From: an uncultured candidate division Zixibacteria bacterium
GTDB taxonomy: Bacteria > Zixibacteria > MSB-5A5 > UBA10806 > 4484-95
Assembly: GCA_963668625.2 (NCBI GenBank)
Contig: CAXXKA010000005.1
Location: 64,001-128,000 of the forward strand
DNA length: 64,000 bases
Direction: 5' to 3'
Shown here piece after piece: positions 61,640 to 64,000 of the stretch (within the stretch, counting starts at the first letter, position 1; the number at the start of each line of letters is the position of its first letter). A program made the position numbers and the translations under genes. The notes under the pieces were generated by a model. That model was not told where the DNA came from. It did not search any database and saw nothing but the letters and a program-made list of their open reading frames with translations.

Positions 61640-63036
61640 GGAAACCATCAATCGAGTTATCTCCTAAAGATATCGATATAAAACAAATGTCGCTGGATAT
61701 CCTGCGCGATCTCTATTCGGCGTCACGCAAACTGATGATGTATCCGATCGATCATCCTGTTACCAACGAGACATTGAAAAAACCGTTGGCGACTTTGAAC
61801 GACTTGTTTACATTTAAACGGTCTTTCGTAATAAATATGTATAACAATCGCCTGGCAGCCGAAGGTCTTCTGTTGGAGGATGCCGTATACGTGAACGGCA
61901 TGATTCAGGATTTGTCCAGGCACGATATCCAATCGGTGGCATTCGAATATAATGTCACGCCGGGTGATCTGTTCAATTTCCTAACCAGACTGATCGAATC
62001 TAAAAATCCGATAAATGACTATATCGAAAACAGCCTGAAAAAAATGAATATTAAAACGATTCATATCAATGATGATTCATCCTCGACATTGTTCAATTTC
62101 AACGATACCGTAATCGGCAATCAAAACTTCGACTATCGCCTTCATGGCAGACTGATAGAAATAATCAAAAGCAACCCGGATGCCATACTGGGTTATTACC
62201 ATGATATTATCAAATATGATGATGATATCAAAATGTCCCTGGGGATAGACCTTCGCTATAATAGTTTGAAAAACATATTTCCAGAAACTCTGGCCGCCAT
62301 GGATGAGGACAACGTGCTTGATCTTTTCCAGAAAGCATTATATTCCTCGGATTGGCTGGATGAGAGTATCGATAGCAGAAAACTCAAAGGTATCAGCAGG
62401 CTCTGGCAGGACTACGCGGCCACCAGCGAGGATGTTTCAATACTTCTGCCGGTATATGTCATATTCAAATCTGTGGGCGTTACCGATGAGCTATTGGAAA
62501 AGATATTCGACCGGGGCGCGCTCATAAAGCTGAAAGCGGTCAGGGATGCCGAGGAGTTTATCGAGTTACTGAAAACCTCTAAAGCCAAAGAGATAAATTT
62601 CGAGCATCTGCGAAAAACCGTTTTCAAGCTTGCTACCGATAGCCACAGTAATCCTTTGGAGAAACTTCTGAAGCAACTTATAAGAGGAGTCACCTCAGAA
62701 GTGCTCGACACCCGTCAAAGATCGCTGCGACTTTCCATAGAGGCCTTGCAGACACTATCCGATGGCTCGTTTTGGGAGATATACAGCGCCTTTATCCGCG
62801 AGGTACTGCGCATTATGCATAAACCCTCAGCCGGCCAGGAGCTGATCGAGTTGATCGGCTGGGTGATAGAGAACTCCGCCGAAAACGGCCGCTGGGAGGA
62901 ATTGAAGATTTGCATTCAGACATTACGGGGATTATCCCGCGAGGAAAACGATATACGAAGCGCGAAAGCCATGAGCAAGCTAAACGAACTGATGGACTCA
63001 TCCATAATGACGGATATACTGACCGATGCCGCGTGA
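61636..63036 (+). CDS. Hypothetical alpha-helical protein (N-terminal part of a possibly split HEAT-repeat protein)
   Basis: LMMYPIDHP motif; helical; stops at a GTGA junction. Confidence 0.7.
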   Translation: MRKPSIELSPKDIDIKQMSLDILRDLYSASRKLMMYPIDHPVTNETLKKPLATLNDLFTFKRSFVINMYNNRLAAEGLLLEDAVYVNGMIQDLSRHDIQSVAFEYNVTPGDLFNFLTRLIESKNPINDYIENSLKKMNIKTIHINDDSSSTLFNFNDTVIGNQNFDYRLHGRLIEIIKSNPDAILGYYHDIIKYDDDIKMSLGIDLRYNSLKNIFPETLAAMDEDNVLDLFQKALYSSDWLDESIDSRKLKGISRLWQDYAATSEDVSILLPVYVIFKSVGVTDELLEKIFDRGALIKLKAVRDAEEFIELLKTSKAKEINFEHLRKTVFKLATDSHSNPLEKLLKQLIRGVTSEVLDTRQRSLRLSIEALQTLSDGSFWEIYSAFIREVLRIMHKPSAGQELIELIGWVIENSAENGRWEELKICIQTLRGLSREENDIRSAKAMSKLNELMDSSIMTDILTDAA

Positions 63037-63815
63037 CCGGCAAGGGCGATGGCGATATGTTCGAGGCGGTGGCGGCGTTGCGCTCTCCCGGTATAGCTAT
63101 GCAGCTTTTGGATAAAATTGACAGCCCCGAAAAAGCCGTACGCGCCCGGGTAATAAAAGCGCTGGTTGCGATGGGTAAAGATATCGGGCCGGATGTCGTC
63201 TCCCGTTTGGGCTCCATAGTCGGCCAGGGTGAAACCGATGATGATAGAAGCTGGTATAAACTTCGCAACCTGATGAGGGTGCTTGGCCAGATTCGCTATA
63301 TCGCCGCTTTGCCTTATTATGAGGTAATGGCGGGCTGGAACCAGAAACGATTGAAGTACGAGATTATCACCTCCTGCGAGGCCATGCAGTCGGCCTCGGC
63401 CGGTGTGGTGCTTTCCAAACTTGCGCTCGATAAGGATCAGGAGATTCGCAAAGGAGCGGCTATCGCGATGGGCAACACCGGCCATCCCGATATGATCAAA
63501 TTCCTGCGTACGCTGTTTGATGATCCGCGCTCGGAGAAGATAATCCTGGTAGAGGCGTTGGGTAGGATAAGAGGTCCGCAGGCCAGAGACAGGTTAATCG
63601 ATTTGTATGAGGATACAACGATTTACGACAATCATGGGATTTCCTCTAAAGAGCGGGAACAGATCAAAATTTCTATATTAAAAGCATTATCTAAAATCGG
63701 GGATGATATCTCTCGCAGTAAAATAGAATTGTATGGCTCTAAGAAAAAGAGCGGATTCCTCAGGAAAGATAAGTTATCATCCACCGCCTCTGACCTTCTA
63801 AAGCAAATGGGCTGA
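63033..63815 (+). CDS. HEAT-repeat protein (C-terminal part)
   Basis: HEAT-like repeats (VRARVIKAL, IRKGAAIAMG, EALGRIRG); in-frame GTG at 63033 overlaps the upstream TGA. Confidence 0.65.
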   Translation: MTGKGDGDMFEAVAALRSPGIAMQLLDKIDSPEKAVRARVIKALVAMGKDIGPDVVSRLGSIVGQGETDDDRSWYKLRNLMRVLGQIRYIAALPYYEVMAGWNQKRLKYEIITSCEAMQSASAGVVLSKLALDKDQEIRKGAAIAMGNTGHPDMIKFLRTLFDDPRSEKIILVEALGRIRGPQARDRLIDLYEDTTIYDNHGISSKEREQIKISILKALSKIGDDISRSKIELYGSKKKSGFLRKDKLSSTASDLLKQMG

Positions 63816-64000
63816 CCATCACAGTAAATATACTATCATTTACATTATAGCACAACATCTATTCTGCCAGCCGCACTGCCACTACGGCAGCGATACTGCC
63901 ATATCAACAATATTACTGCCATTATGACTTACTGGATTGGCCGGAGTTAGTCTATCAAACTCTTATAAAATATCTTGTACGTTGTCTGATAATGACTTAC

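Overview
Bacterial chromosomal window, probably from an FCB-superphylum lineage such as candidate division Zixibacteria. That placement is inferred from several secreted proteins carrying a 'YPNPFN...G.YF...LLK' C-terminal sorting-type domain and one dockerin-like tail. Bases 1-11300 form an AT-rich tandem cassette array. Four lytic-transglycosylase (SLT/lysozyme-fold) catalytic modules, most lacking their N-terminus, are each translationally coupled to a divergent ~345-aa signal-peptide protein. All five partner genes end in one invariant GC-rich 50-bp segment encoding TRTNEASWLRVGWR*. That segment contains a 34-nt imperfect palindrome and a Shine-Dalgarno, and in 4 of 5 copies it is followed by a REP-like hairpin. 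The array is mosaic, with long identical tracts and one deletion junction. It looks like an undescribed polymorphic peptidoglycan-toxin/immunity locus that grows or shuffles through this repeat. The rest of the window is mostly housekeeping and envelope genes: proline dehydrogenase, purF, response regulators, cobO, cutA, FKBP, an ECF sigma with an anti-sigma/TonB fusion, tRNA-Arg, proS, an acyl-CoA carboxylase beta subunit, rluB-cmk-plsC, tatC, and Omp85/BamB-like genes. It also holds a 255-bp MITE family with 9-bp TSDs, dispersed REP families, an ApeA-like HEPN gene, a sigma54 promoter and candidate C-rich-loop sRNAs. All calls come from reading motifs by eye; no database searches were run.
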